Below are positions 36,511 through 46,084 of a DNA stretch of 64,000 nt, in pieces. Made by a program: the position numbers and the translations under genes. Each line of letters begins with the position of its first letter. Positions within the stretch are counted from its first letter, which is position 1. The notes beneath the pieces were generated by a model, which searched no databases, had not been told where the DNA came from, and saw only the letters and a program-made list of their open reading frames with translations. Location of the stretch: the NCBI GenBank assembly GCA_963804995.1, contig CAWDSK010000003.1, positions 576,001 to 640,000 on the forward strand. Reading direction: 5' to 3'. Source of the DNA: an uncultured Acidobacteriota bacterium (GTDB lineage Bacteria; Acidobacteriota; Terriglobia; UBA7540).

Positions 36511-37270
36511 AAGCCTCCAACAAATAATGAGCGGATTCCTTATCGTGGGTAAAACCTGTTATCGCCAGCTTTTCCCCGAAACAGGATTGCAATTGCTCGC
36601 GGACACGTCCTTGCCAGGTCCGGGCCTCCTCGATATTCTTTTTGATCAAGGCATCGACGTCAGTCGGGATCTCGACAACTCGGGCCGGCTTCTTACGCGG
36701 ATTCCGGACGGGCTTGCCGGCTAGAGCCCGATTGACCCGCAGCGATTGCAGCCGCCATTCGGCAATCAACCGGTCACTCGGCAGGCCTTGCTGAAACCGG
36801 CTATCCACGTGGCCATAATAATCAGGCTCATATCTTCGTACGATGACCCCCAGACGATTGATATTCAGGTTGGCATTCTTCGCTCGCAGCGGATCAAAGG
36901 ACCACTCGATGGAATCAATCCCCGCGCCCAGAGCAAGATCCCGCTGCGCGAGCTTGAGTGCCCTGCCCAATCCCCGGTTTTCGTGGCCGTGCATCACGCC
37001 GAGAGACAAGGAATGCAGGTAACGATGTCTTCCGTGCCACGCCGGCATGGACGCCACAAAACCCACCTGCTCGCCCTGGATTGTGAAGGCTCCCAAAACA
37101 TGCCCGCCAATCCGGCCCAGGTTGACAAACAACCGCTGGGGATAAAGCTCATGCTCAGCGTAGCCCCAGATGTCTTTCTGAATCCGCACGCACGCGGCCA
37201 GATCCTCGAGCTTTTCGCACAGCCGGATGGAATACGCTACGGGGTTTCTCGACCTTTGATTTCTTGCCAA
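36500..37270 (-). CDS. GNAT family acyltransferase of the type found beside NAAAR/OSBS genes
   Basis: YLHSLSLGV..ENRGLGRALKLAQR, WSFDPLRAKNANLN, GLPSDRLIAEW; overlaps the menC start. Confidence 0.88.
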   Translation of the reverse strand: MARNQRSRNPVAYSIRLCEKLEDLAACVRIQKDIWGYAEHELYPQRLFVNLGRIGGHVLGAFTIQGEQVGFVASMPAWHGRHRYLHSLSLGVMHGHENRGLGRALKLAQRDLALGAGIDSIEWSFDPLRAKNANLNINRLGVIVRRYEPDYYGHVDSRFQQGLPSDRLIAEWRLQSLRVNRALAGKPVRNPRKKPARVVEIPTDVDALIKKNIEEARTWQGRVREQLQSCFGEKLAITGFTHDKESAHYLLEAYEN

Positions 37271-38109
37271 ATGGACTCCATTTCTTCCAATGAACAGTCC
37301 TGCAACTTCTTCCCGCGCTTCCCAACCTCCTGCTCCATCGCCCGGAAGCGTCGCTCGAATTTCTGATTGGCGCGGCGCAGAGTGCTTTCAGGGTCGGAGC
37401 GCAGAAAGCGCGACAGGTTCGCCACTGCAAACAGCAGATCGCCAACCTCTTCCTCCACGCGCGCGGCAGGACGCGTCGTTTGCGCCGCCAGCTCCTCGCG
37501 TAGCTCGCCAACCTCTTCATCAATCTTGTCAAGCAGGTCGCCAACCTTTGCCCAATCAAACCCAACCTCTTGGGCCCTTACGCCCAATTCATACGCCTCG
37601 AGCGTGGCAGGTAGCGAGGATGGAATTCCATCGAGTATGGAAGCTTTCTCTGGCTTTTTCTCGGAGGACCGTTCCTGATCTTTGACGGCGAGCCAGCTCT
37701 TGAGGGCTTCTTCGGCATTCCTTGCCTGCACTTCGCCGAAAACGTGCGGATGCCGCCGGATTAGCTTCGCGTGCACCCGCTCGATTACGTCGTCAAGGGT
37801 AAATCGCCCTTCCTCCTCCGCCAGTCGCGAATAGAACACGACCTGAAAGAGCAAATCACCCAGCTCGTCCTCCAAGCCATCAAAGTCACGGGCGTTAACC
37901 GCATCGATAACTTCGTAGGCCTCTTCAAGCAACAGGCCTTTCATGGAAACGTAGTCCTGGTCGCGGTCCCACGGACACCCTTCCGGACTCCGCAGGTGCG
38001 CCGTCAGCTCGATAAGTTTTCGAAGATTTTCTCCGGCCAGGGCAGCTCCAGCTTCTCCCGAGACGGCTCCCGGTAAGCAAGGTATTTTGTCACGCAGGTA
38101 ATCTATCAA
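37237..38109 (-). CDS. mazG: Nucleoside triphosphate pyrophosphohydrolase
   Basis: GCPWDRDQ, EEAYEVIDA, ELGDLLFQV, KLIRRHPHVF, GFDW, KFERRF. Confidence 0.96.
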   Translation of the reverse strand: MIDYLRDKIPCLPGAVSGEAGAALAGENLRKLIELTAHLRSPEGCPWDRDQDYVSMKGLLLEEAYEVIDAVNARDFDGLEDELGDLLFQVVFYSRLAEEEGRFTLDDVIERVHAKLIRRHPHVFGEVQARNAEEALKSWLAVKDQERSSEKKPEKASILDGIPSSLPATLEAYELGVRAQEVGFDWAKVGDLLDKIDEEVGELREELAAQTTRPAARVEEEVGDLLFAVANLSRFLRSDPESTLRRANQKFERRFRAMEQEVGKRGKKLQDCSLEEMESIWQEIKGRETP

Positions 38110-38198
38110 GCTACCCCAATAAACTGCAAGAGGTGCTGTTGCATGGCGCTCGCGGAGATATCAAATCCCTGCGGCCCCGAATGCATTATCCTCGAAGA

Positions 38199-38440
38199 GA
38201 CCCCTCACCCGCCTGCGGGCCGAAGCTGAAGTTGTTTACTGCTCCCAATTCCCCCTTCGGTGGGCGAAGGCCCGTCCCGCCCCGGCTGATGAAAACGCCG
38301 GCTGCGGTCCACCCTCTCCCCTCGGAGAGGGCCATGATTTCAATTTCGATCCCACGAGGTTGAAAAAAGCGTTTCACCCGTCCCGCCCCGGCTGATGAAA
38401 ACGCCGGCGGCAGTCCACCCTCTCCCCTCGGAGAGGGCCA
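38199..38440. repeat. Two tandem CCCCTCACCC-family REPs, the first interrupted by a ~64-bp insert
   Basis: cccgtcccgccccggctgatgaaaacgccggc..gtccaccctctcccctcggagagggccatga occurs twice (~38271 and ~38377). Confidence 0.88.
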
Positions 38441-38460
38441 TGAGTTCAATACAAGGCGTG

Positions 38461-39435
38461 CTACCGGCCACGCCGAGCGGTCAGGAACGCTTCGAGCGCT
38501 TGTTGCGAGGTATGTTGTGGCGTGTAGCCAAACGTGGTCTTCAGACGTGTAATGTCACCCACCCAAGGGTAGCGGATCAAATCAAGAATGCCCGCGGGAA
38601 AGGGTGAAAGCCGCAACTTCCAGAGGAGATTCGTCAGCGGGTAGAGAATCGCTGCCGGCAGTGCCCAAGGCCGTTTGCCACCAGCTCGAACCACTTCACT
38701 GTAAGAAATTATGCTCTCACCCGCGCAGTTGAAGATCCCCCCCGTGTCGGATTTCAAGGCTCGCAGCAGGATTTCACTCGTATCTTCCTCGGAGAGGAAC
38801 TGGAAGGGTGGATCCGCTCCACGCACCTGAAACATCCATGGAAACGAGCGCCACGGCCAGTCCATCATCTTCGAGACGATGTTCTGCGTATGCGGGCCCA
38901 GCACGATGGCCCCTCGCAGCAGCGTGACCCGCACGTCCGGGTGCTGCTCCATGAAATCCTGCACCACACGATCGACCTCAGCCTTATGGTAGGAGTAAAG
39001 ATAACGCGGCGTGCCCGTGGGTTTGGTGTCCTCGTTAATCCAGGGCGGCTCCGTGGGATTTCGCGGGTTCACGTAGGCCGTGGTGCTGCCGGCGTAAACC
39101 ACACGCTCCAGACCCGCGGCAGCCGCAGCCCGGAAAAAGTTAAGAGTACCCCGCACATCCACCTCGCGGTGACGCCGGGCATCGTGAATGGGATTAAATT
39201 GCCAGGCCAGGTGCAACCCGGCATTGATCCGCCGCTTGGTCCAAAACTCCGCCAACAGCTCCCAGGGAGCGGTCAAATCGAAGCGCAGGAACTCCGCGGC
39301 ACAGGGCAAATCAAATTCCCGACGGTTAATGTCCAGGCCCAGGATGAATTCGCACTCGGGATCGGCGCCGAGCCGTGACATAACCTGCTGAGCCAGGTAC
39401 CCGCTGCTCCCGGTGATTGCCAATCGCAGCTTCAT
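38461..39435 (-). CDS. NAD-dependent epimerase/dehydratase (extended SDR)
   Basis: MKLRLAITGSSGYLA Rossmann start, HLAWQFNP, YSYHKAE (YxxxK). The upstream part of the 669-aa ORF is antisense shadow. Confidence 0.9.
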   Translation of the reverse strand: MKLRLAITGSSGYLAQQVMSRLGADPECEFILGLDINRREFDLPCAAEFLRFDLTAPWELLAEFWTKRRINAGLHLAWQFNPIHDARRHREVDVRGTLNFFRAAAAAGLERVVYAGSTTAYVNPRNPTEPPWINEDTKPTGTPRYLYSYHKAEVDRVVQDFMEQHPDVRVTLLRGAIVLGPHTQNIVSKMMDWPWRSFPWMFQVRGADPPFQFLSEEDTSEILLRALKSDTGGIFNCAGESIISYSEVVRAGGKRPWALPAAILYPLTNLLWKLRLSPFPAGILDLIRYPWVGDITRLKTTFGYTPQHTSQQALEAFLTARRGR

Positions 39436-39549
39436 GGCGCGGATTATAGTCACGAGCCAAGCGCACCACAACAAATAAACCCTCCGGCACTCTGGTTCCT
39501 TGCTAAAATCGCGCTCGTTGTATGTTTCACATTCCGGAAGTGAGGTCCT

Positions 39550-40890
39550 ATGTTGAAGAACTATCGAGATGTTTCTGCCCAAGCTTGGGTTTTTTCCCCT
39601 GTCCTCGTGCTGCTCTTTGGGTTGCTCAGCCCGCTCGTGATGTTCAGCCAGACGGAAGGTCTGACCGTCACGGTCGGCCCCGCCGACGCCGACGTCATTG
39701 GCACGGACAACCTTGCTATCCAGAAGGCGATTGATCGTGTGGCCGCGGCGGGCGGCGGCACCGTGGTGATTAAGGCCGGCACGTATATGCTCGCCAATTC
39801 CGTGCGGCTCGCGAGCCACTTGACGCTGCGCGGCGAGGGGCCGGGAAAAACCCTGCTCAAGAAAATCCCCGGTGTGCGCAGTAATTTGAAACTCGACGCC
39901 GACTACGCCGAAATGATGGCGACGGTAGAAGACGCGCGCGGATTTGCGCCCGGCATGGGCGTCACAGTCCTTGACAAGGTCAACCCCGACGGCTGGACGC
40001 CCAGCGTCCGAACCATCGTGCGTATCGACGGGAACACGCTCTACTTCGACCGTTTCCTGCAAATGGATTATTCCGTGGAGAACCAAGGCGTGGTGTTCAA
40101 CACCTTTCCCCTGCTTGCGGGGTTTGACGTCCAGGACGTACAGATCGAAGACCTGACGGTGGACGGTAGCCGCGCCGATAGCAGCATTCTGGATGGCTGC
40201 CAGACGGGCGCCATCTACTTCTTCCATTCCCAGCGCATGACCATTCGCAACTGCGTGGCGCGCAATTATCCGGGGGACGGCATCAGCACGCAATTTGTGG
40301 TAAAGCCGGTGGTAGAAAACTGCGAGGCTTACGGCAACGCCTACCTGGGGATTCACCTGGGTACGGGTGCGGCCGAGGGAATTGTCCGCGACAATCGTGC
40401 CCACGATAACGGCCAGGACGGGCTGTTCCTCTGCTGGCGCGTCCAGCACGCGCGCTACGAAGGCAACCAATCATGGAATAATGGCCGGGACGGCATATCC
40501 CTGGGCCATAAGGATACCGATAATATCTTTTCCAAGAACGTAGTCAGCGGTAATGCGCGGGCGGGAATCTATTTCCGCGATGAACGCGAGGCGAACGCCG
40601 CCAGCCGCAACACCTTCGAAGAAAACGTGATTGAGGATAACGGGCGGCCTGGCGCCCCGGGTTACGGTATCCGCATCGAAGGCGAGACGCGCGACCTTAA
40701 ATTCATTTCCAACACCATCCGCTCAAACCGCCGGGATGGGGGGGTCGTACAGCCGGTGGGAATCTATATCGGGCCCAAAGCCGACTCTGTTACCTCGGAA
40801 CGCAACATGTTTGTCGGGCAACTTAAGCAGGCCATCGTCGATGAGTCCACGGGCGGCCACAATCAGATTGCCCAACCTGGTGGGAGATAG
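39550..40890 (+). CDS. Right-handed parallel beta-helix protein (pectate lyase/GH28-like fold), secreted
   Basis: DNLAIQKAIDRVAAAGGGTVVIKAGTY followed by Asn-ladder repeats (NRAHDNGQDG, NQSWNNGRDG). Confidence 0.87.
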   Translation: MLKNYRDVSAQAWVFSPVLVLLFGLLSPLVMFSQTEGLTVTVGPADADVIGTDNLAIQKAIDRVAAAGGGTVVIKAGTYMLANSVRLASHLTLRGEGPGKTLLKKIPGVRSNLKLDADYAEMMATVEDARGFAPGMGVTVLDKVNPDGWTPSVRTIVRIDGNTLYFDRFLQMDYSVENQGVVFNTFPLLAGFDVQDVQIEDLTVDGSRADSSILDGCQTGAIYFFHSQRMTIRNCVARNYPGDGISTQFVVKPVVENCEAYGNAYLGIHLGTGAAEGIVRDNRAHDNGQDGLFLCWRVQHARYEGNQSWNNGRDGISLGHKDTDNIFSKNVVSGNARAGIYFRDEREANAASRNTFEENVIEDNGRPGAPGYGIRIEGETRDLKFISNTIRSNRRDGGVVQPVGIYIGPKADSVTSERNMFVGQLKQAIVDESTGGHNQIAQPGGR

Positions 40891-40977
40891 AGGGCTTTCA
40901 CAACAACTCCCCCGCGATGGATCATCAACGCGCGGCCTTTTTCGTGCCTGCGGATGAGCCAGCAGGAGACCTGACAT

Positions 40978-42318
40978 ATGACTTCAAGCGCCGCACGCCA
41001 CGAGCAAGTCATGCTGGCCATTACCGGGGCCCAGTTGATTGATGGCGTCCGGCCCGCGCCCGTTCGCTCCAGCGTCCTACTGATCGGACGCGACGGCCGG
41101 ATAGTCGCGGCGGGCCCGGCGCAAGAGGTCTCCGTACCCGAAGGTGTTTCCACGCTGAATGCGGCGGGGATGACACTGCTCCCTGGCCTCATCGACGGGC
41201 ACGTCCACCTGACGTGGGACAAGACTCTTTACACTTTGTCGCCGGCGGATGGCCAGCAAGGACATTTGCGGCCGCCCAATGCGGAACGCGAGCTGGTGCG
41301 GGCCGGGCACTTCGCCCAAATGGCGCTGGCGGCCGGGGTCACAACCGTTCGTGACTGCGGAGCGGATGACTGCGGGGTATTGGCCCTCCGTGACGCGATC
41401 AACGCGGGTGAGTTCCTGGGCCCTCGCATTCTGGCTTCGGGGCGGCCGATCACGACGACGGGCGGCCACCTTTATTCCGGCTGGGGGGCGGACAACATCG
41501 ACGCCCTCCGCGAGGCGGTCCGCTTCATGGCAAATCACGGAGCGGACTTCATCAAGTTAGTGGTGAGCGGTGGTATGACTAGCCCGGGGACAGACGTGGG
41601 CGGGTCGCAATACACGCTAGAAGAAATCCGCGCCGCCGTCGAAGAGTCGCACACCCTTGGCCTGCAAGTGGCGGCGCACGCCATCTCCACGGCAGGTATT
41701 CGTCTGGCTGCCGAAGCCGGTGTCGATACCATCGAGCATTGCTCGTGGATCGGCCGCGACTCCCGGACGGCCATCACGGATGAGGCGGCAGTCGATTGGA
41801 TGGTCAAGAACGATGTGCACGTGGACCATGCCATCATGCCACGGGCTGCTTTGTTCCCTGATGAGTGGGGCAACACGCCATCCCCGGACGAAGAGTGGTG
41901 GCTGAAGCTTCTGAAGGTGCGCTGGCCGTTCCTTCATCACATGCGGCGACGTGGCGTGTGCGTGTTCCTGGGAACCGATGCTGGTTTTGGTCCCTGGCCT
42001 GGCTCAGCGTTCTGGCCCGGATTCGAAGACCTGGCGCGAGCCATCGAGGTTCTGGTACGGTACGGTGAGTTTGCGTCGATGGAAGCGATCAAGATGGTGA
42101 CGGCTGATGCGGCGCGGGCGATGCATTTGGACCGCGAGATTGGAACGATTAAGGCTGGCAAACGCGCCGATCTCATCCTGCTCACCCATGACCCCCTTAA
42201 AGATATTCGCGCCCTGCGCAATGTCGATCGCGTTTTCCGGGACGGGCGGCTGGTGGCCCAGCGGGGCCAGCTTGCGCTGCACCAGAACAATCTAGACATC
42301 GTTACAGCCGTGGTTTGA
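40978..42318 (+). CDS. Metal-dependent amidohydrolase (prolidase/imidazolonepropionase-like)
   Basis: LPGLIDGHVHL, GVTTVRDCG, ADFIKL, VAAHA, TIEHC, LGTDAG, GTIKAGKRADL. Confidence 0.92.
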   Translation: MTSSAARHEQVMLAITGAQLIDGVRPAPVRSSVLLIGRDGRIVAAGPAQEVSVPEGVSTLNAAGMTLLPGLIDGHVHLTWDKTLYTLSPADGQQGHLRPPNAERELVRAGHFAQMALAAGVTTVRDCGADDCGVLALRDAINAGEFLGPRILASGRPITTTGGHLYSGWGADNIDALREAVRFMANHGADFIKLVVSGGMTSPGTDVGGSQYTLEEIRAAVEESHTLGLQVAAHAISTAGIRLAAEAGVDTIEHCSWIGRDSRTAITDEAAVDWMVKNDVHVDHAIMPRAALFPDEWGNTPSPDEEWWLKLLKVRWPFLHHMRRRGVCVFLGTDAGFGPWPGSAFWPGFEDLARAIEVLVRYGEFASMEAIKMVTADAARAMHLDREIGTIKAGKRADLILLTHDPLKDIRALRNVDRVFRDGRLVAQRGQLALHQNNLDIVTAVV

Positions 42319-42360
42319 AGGTATATAGTGGTGGCGAGGATAGAGGGTTAGCGTGTCAAA

Positions 42361-42627
42361 ATGGACAGCGAAGAAATAGCCAGGCACATCCAAGAGCAAG
42401 AGCGCAAACGTAAAAGGGGCGTCTATGATGCGGAGGCACGCCGAGAGAAGTCCAAAATCCTGCGCAATGTTCAAGAATTTGCAAAGTATGAGGATTTTGA
42501 GGGGTTTTCCCGAATGCTTGACACGCTGAATGTTACGGATGTAGAGAGACGGCGCGTCGCGGTCGCTCAGTTCTATCAGATGGTGCGCGATTACAAGAGG
42601 AAAGGGAGCGCGAAGCCTCGGCGTTAG
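42361..42627 (+). CDS. Small hypothetical protein (88 aa)
   Basis: ATG with purine-rich upstream sequence, charged helical composition, lower-GC segment; no family recognised. Confidence 0.5.
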   Translation: MDSEEIARHIQEQERKRKRGVYDAEARREKSKILRNVQEFAKYEDFEGFSRMLDTLNVTDVERRRVAVAQFYQMVRDYKRKGSAKPRR

Positions 42628-42733
42628 CCGCTTTCAGCCTCGCTAGTTGTTCCTCTTTTGGAAGATCGCGAAGCGAGTCCTCAATAATTGATGCAATTAT
42701 TTTGAGTGGCTTTTGTTTCTTCTCTTTTGCCAT
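42533..42733 (-). CDS. Small hypothetical protein (~66 aa), convergent and overlapping
   Basis: MAKEKKQKPLKIIASIIEDSLRDLPKEEQLARLKAAN reads like a real N-terminus; no family recognised. Confidence 0.3.
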   Translation of the reverse strand: MAKEKKQKPLKIIASIIEDSLRDLPKEEQLARLKAANAEASRSLSSCNRAPSDRTERPRRAVSLHP

Positions 42734-42926
42734 TTCAAAGCCTTGGGGCTTTTCTCGGACTATGCTTATGATCCCTGAATGATAGTAAGCGAAGCCGCTT
42801 GGGATGTCAATTAGGATTGGGAGTAGCGCAGTTTGAACTTTCCCAAACTGTACCCGATTCCGCGGATCAAACGTCGCGCAATTAACATCATACTGTGACA
42901 CTGCCATTTTGGAGAGTGTGTAACCC

Positions 42927-43113
42927 ATGAAGTCCGACGAACTTTACGCGCGCGCCCAAAAGCACCTGGTGGGAGGATGGTCTGACCCGAGGATTGCACT
43001 TCCACGACTACGGCCACACCATGCACCACGGCTTTTCTTCCCAGCATTCGCTCGCCGACATTGAGGAATCGCTGAATATCATTTACCTATCACGGGTGGC
43101 GGTTAGGAGATAG
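42927..43113 (+). pseudogene. Internally deleted class III (HemL/GSA-AT-like) aminotransferase remnant
   Basis: GGAGAG RBS, then MKSDELYARAQKHLVGG (HemL-like N-terminus) joined out of frame to RGLHFHDYGHTMHHGFSSQHSLADIEESLNII (HemL-like C-terminus). Confidence 0.65.
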
Positions 43114-43186
43114 CCCCCCGGTTGCAAATTCAAATTAACTCCGCCCTGTGCTATGATTTGGGGATTCGAAAGGAGAGAACCCCAGC

Positions 43187-43546
43187 GTGCTTGACCAATA
43201 CGGACCCATCGTAATTTTTGGTGTGATTGCGGCACTGTTCGCGCCGGTGACGCTGTGGCTCTTCAAGTTTATCCGCCCCACCTTTCAGCCCACCCCGGAA
43301 AAGGTGATGCCCTATGAGTGCGGCATCACGCCGGAATCCGACTCCCGGGGCCGTTACACGGTTCGCTTCTACGTTGTGGCGATTCTCTTCCTCGTCTTCG
43401 ACGTGGAGACGGTTTTCCTCTACCCCTGGGCCGTGCAGTATCAGGCGCTGGGACTCTTTGGGCTGGTCGAGATGCTGGTCTTCCTCGGCATTCTGATTGT
43501 CGGCTACGTGTGGCTCTGGAAACGTGGCGCGCTGAATTGGATTTAG
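43187..43546 (+). CDS. nuoA: NADH-quinone oxidoreductase subunit A (isolated)
   Basis: KVMPYECGI, RFYVVAILFLVFDVETVFLYPWAV, WKRGALNW; AGGAG RBS with GTG start. Confidence 0.96.
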   Translation: MLDQYGPIVIFGVIAALFAPVTLWLFKFIRPTFQPTPEKVMPYECGITPESDSRGRYTVRFYVVAILFLVFDVETVFLYPWAVQYQALGLFGLVEMLVFLGILIVGYVWLWKRGALNWI

Positions 43547-43550
43547 AGAT

Positions 43551-43713
43551 CACCACCAAGGCACCAGGAAAAACCTGGAGCCAAAAAGCAGAGTTCACCA
43601 CCAAGGCACCAAGACACCAAGAAAAACTTTAAGTTAAAAAGCAGAGATGGGCAGACTGCAGCAATATTGTGTTTGAGTTCTGCTATTCTTTGTGTCTTGG
43701 TGTCTTGGTGGTG
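43551..43713. repeat. 9-mer based repeat (CACCACCAAGGCACCAAGACACCAAG) with an inverted partner
   Basis: Direct copies at ~43551 and ~43597; inverted cttggtgtcttggtggtg at ~43696-43713. Confidence 0.85.
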
Positions 43714-43743
43714 CATCCTGTAGTTTTCGATTGGAGTGGCGCG

Positions 43744-45646
43744 ATGTCTTACGACAAGGCAGCAATTGTATCGTCCGACGAACTCCTGGCGCTTGCAGAA
43801 CAGGTTTTTTCCGCTGTCGAGGGCGGAAAACCGGATGAGGTACGGGCACGGTTACAGTCGGAGTTGGCAGAGCACCGTTTTTCCAGCCTTCGCGCCTATG
43901 CCGGCTCACTTGAGGAGGACTCGTCTCATCCCGCGAATTATTATCTTGCGATTGACGCCCTGGACGGAACAAGCACGCAGCCACTGCTCGTGCAAATGAG
44001 CCCCGCCTCGGTAATCCCGGCGGCCCGGTTCGGGAACCCGCTTCGAGCCGACCACCTGCGTCTTTCAGGTGGCCGCGAAGTTGATTTGAAGGCCTATTCG
44101 TTCACCTCGCGCGATCACGCCAACCTTCGGACCTTCGCCGAGGAAGTTGCTCCGACCTTCCTGCCGCGGCCACAACGCGAGCTCCCCGCCATTGCGGCAG
44201 GCAACCGGCATCCGGAAATCAGCTTGCCCGCCGTCTTCGCAGGGTTTCGGACCATCCTCGAGAAGCTGGGCGTAAACATGGCGTCCACGGTGCAGCTCTC
44301 CGCCACGCGCGAGATGACCACAGACAACGTTATCGCCGCCCGCGATGGGGAGGATCCGGTCGCCGTCGGTCACACGCGCATCTCGATTCGCCACTTGTAC
44401 CATGCAGGGCTTTGGGCGGCGGTACGCGCCGGGTGGCGTGCCGGCTATACGGCGGAGGCCGACCACTTTATTGTATCGGGCTCGAACGGAGGCGGAAATT
44501 GCGCGTTCGGTGGAAGTGGTCAAGGAAGCGATTCGCCACGCCGCGGGTTACACAAAATTCACCACTGACACTTCGCGCCTGTTCGAGCTCGAAAGCGACC
44601 TGCGCCATCCCCGCGCCTGGGGCACCTCGGCTGTGGAAGAGAGATTCCACAAGATCTTCCTGTCGGATGAGGCGCGCTGGATCCTGGCAGAATTCTCCAA
44701 ACCCTTCCAGATTGCTGAGACCACTTACAGTTTTTCGCGAGAAGAAATTCTTCGACTTGCCGTGAAGTTTGGGCGAAGCATCCAGCTCAATGAAGAACTC
44801 TTCAATTATATCCGGGCCGCGAAGGCGGGATTGCGCTCGGGCAAGGACTTTGATTTCGAGCCCTCGCTGGATGAAGCTGAAACGCTGACCACGCCGAAGG
44901 AGTTGCTTTTCTATATGCACTGGTTGAAGGCGCGGGGGCGCCCGGCCCAACTGGTTCCTCCCAATCTGGGATTCAAGAAACGTCAGGCCTACCCCGCGGC
45001 GTTAGAGACCACCTCCGAGCACGGAATCGGTTTGGAGGATTACTCCAACCACAAAATGTGGCCGGAACTTGTGCCACGCGTGCGGCGGGATTTCGCGTCA
45101 AAGCCTCTCGCGGAACTGGCGGCCCGGGTGGCGGAACTCGCCGCCGTGGCCCAATATTTCGATGGCACCCTGAGCATTCACTCCGGCAGCGGCAAGCAGG
45201 CGGAAGTGCTGGAAGCGATTGGCCACTCAACGCATGGCCGGGTGAATTACAAAATCTCAGGCGAACTCCAGTTGCAACTCCTGGATGTCCTTTCGGAGCA
45301 ACCTGCCAGCTCGCCCTGGCGCCAGCTTTTCGAGCGCATGGTCAACCGGGCCAATCAGTTTGCATCAACCGGAGCCTTTGGGGCGGAAAGCGAATTGGCC
45401 GCGCAGTATGCGAACATGGGCCGCGAATTTTACCTGGGCGACTCGTCGCGCGGGCGCGTGGATGGGAACCTCTTCCTTGTTTTCTGGCTGGGAAACGTGG
45501 TGGGCAGCCACGACAATCAATCACCCGATGGCGACCAGCGCTTTTTCAAAGAGAAGCTCGACGAGCTGCCGGAAGATTTGCTGGCGGAGGTGCGCCGGAG
45601 AAACTCGCGCTACATCGTCTGGCTCGCCGAGCATCTGCGCGGGTGA
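43744..45646 (+). pseudogene. uxaE: Tagaturonate epimerase family protein, split by a +1 frameshift at ~44484 (possibly a sequencing error)
   Basis: LSATREM, YTAEADH, YTKFTTDTS, DFEPSLDEAETLTTPKE, LSIHSGSGK. Removing one A from TCG A ACG GAG joins the two ORFs (VSGSTEAEIA). Confidence 0.8.
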
Positions 45647-45780
45647 ATTGAGCTTCCCCTCCCTCGCCGGGATTTCTCACGACCGCTTTGGAAGGGCGGG
45701 GTTACACCGGCGCACTTACAAGGCCATAATTCCTGGAGCGCGTTGCTCACCAATGGGCAATCCACCCCGGTGCTCTAGTG

Positions 45781-45950
45781 CCACCCACCGTAACCACCCC
45801 GGCGCTCTCAGCGCCACCCCTCCTGAATCAGGAGGGGAGTTCTTAAGAACACTCCCCGCCTCAAATGAGGAGGGGTGGCGGGCCGAGCCCCGATAGCGTG
45901 TTTTTTCCAAATTGATCATCGGGGCCGAGCCCCGGGGTGGTGCTGACAAG
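45781..45950. repeat. CCACCCC...TCCTGAATCAGGAGGGG REP-like element
   Basis: Inverted homologue of 13245-13385; its end ggggtggtgctgacaag is the reverse complement of 13149-13165. Confidence 0.85.
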
Positions 45951-46084
45951 GATATTTGCCATCTCGAGGAAACACTTGACTTTCGCTTTGTCTTCGCCTA
46001 TTTTATTTCCTCCCGAATAACCCAGGCATTGCCACGATTTGTTGGGGATTGGCGGGTTATTCACCTTTGTCAATGGAGGAACCT

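Noticed and set aside
39436..40470. 669-aa ORF as a fusion protein
   Set aside because: The upstream half is the antisense shadow of the beta-helix gene; the epimerase begins at 39435.
8300..44500. Programmed ribosomal frameshifting at the three split genes
   Set aside because: No slippery heptamer or stimulatory structure, the gene families are unrelated, and the shared +1 homopolymer signature suggests sequencing error.
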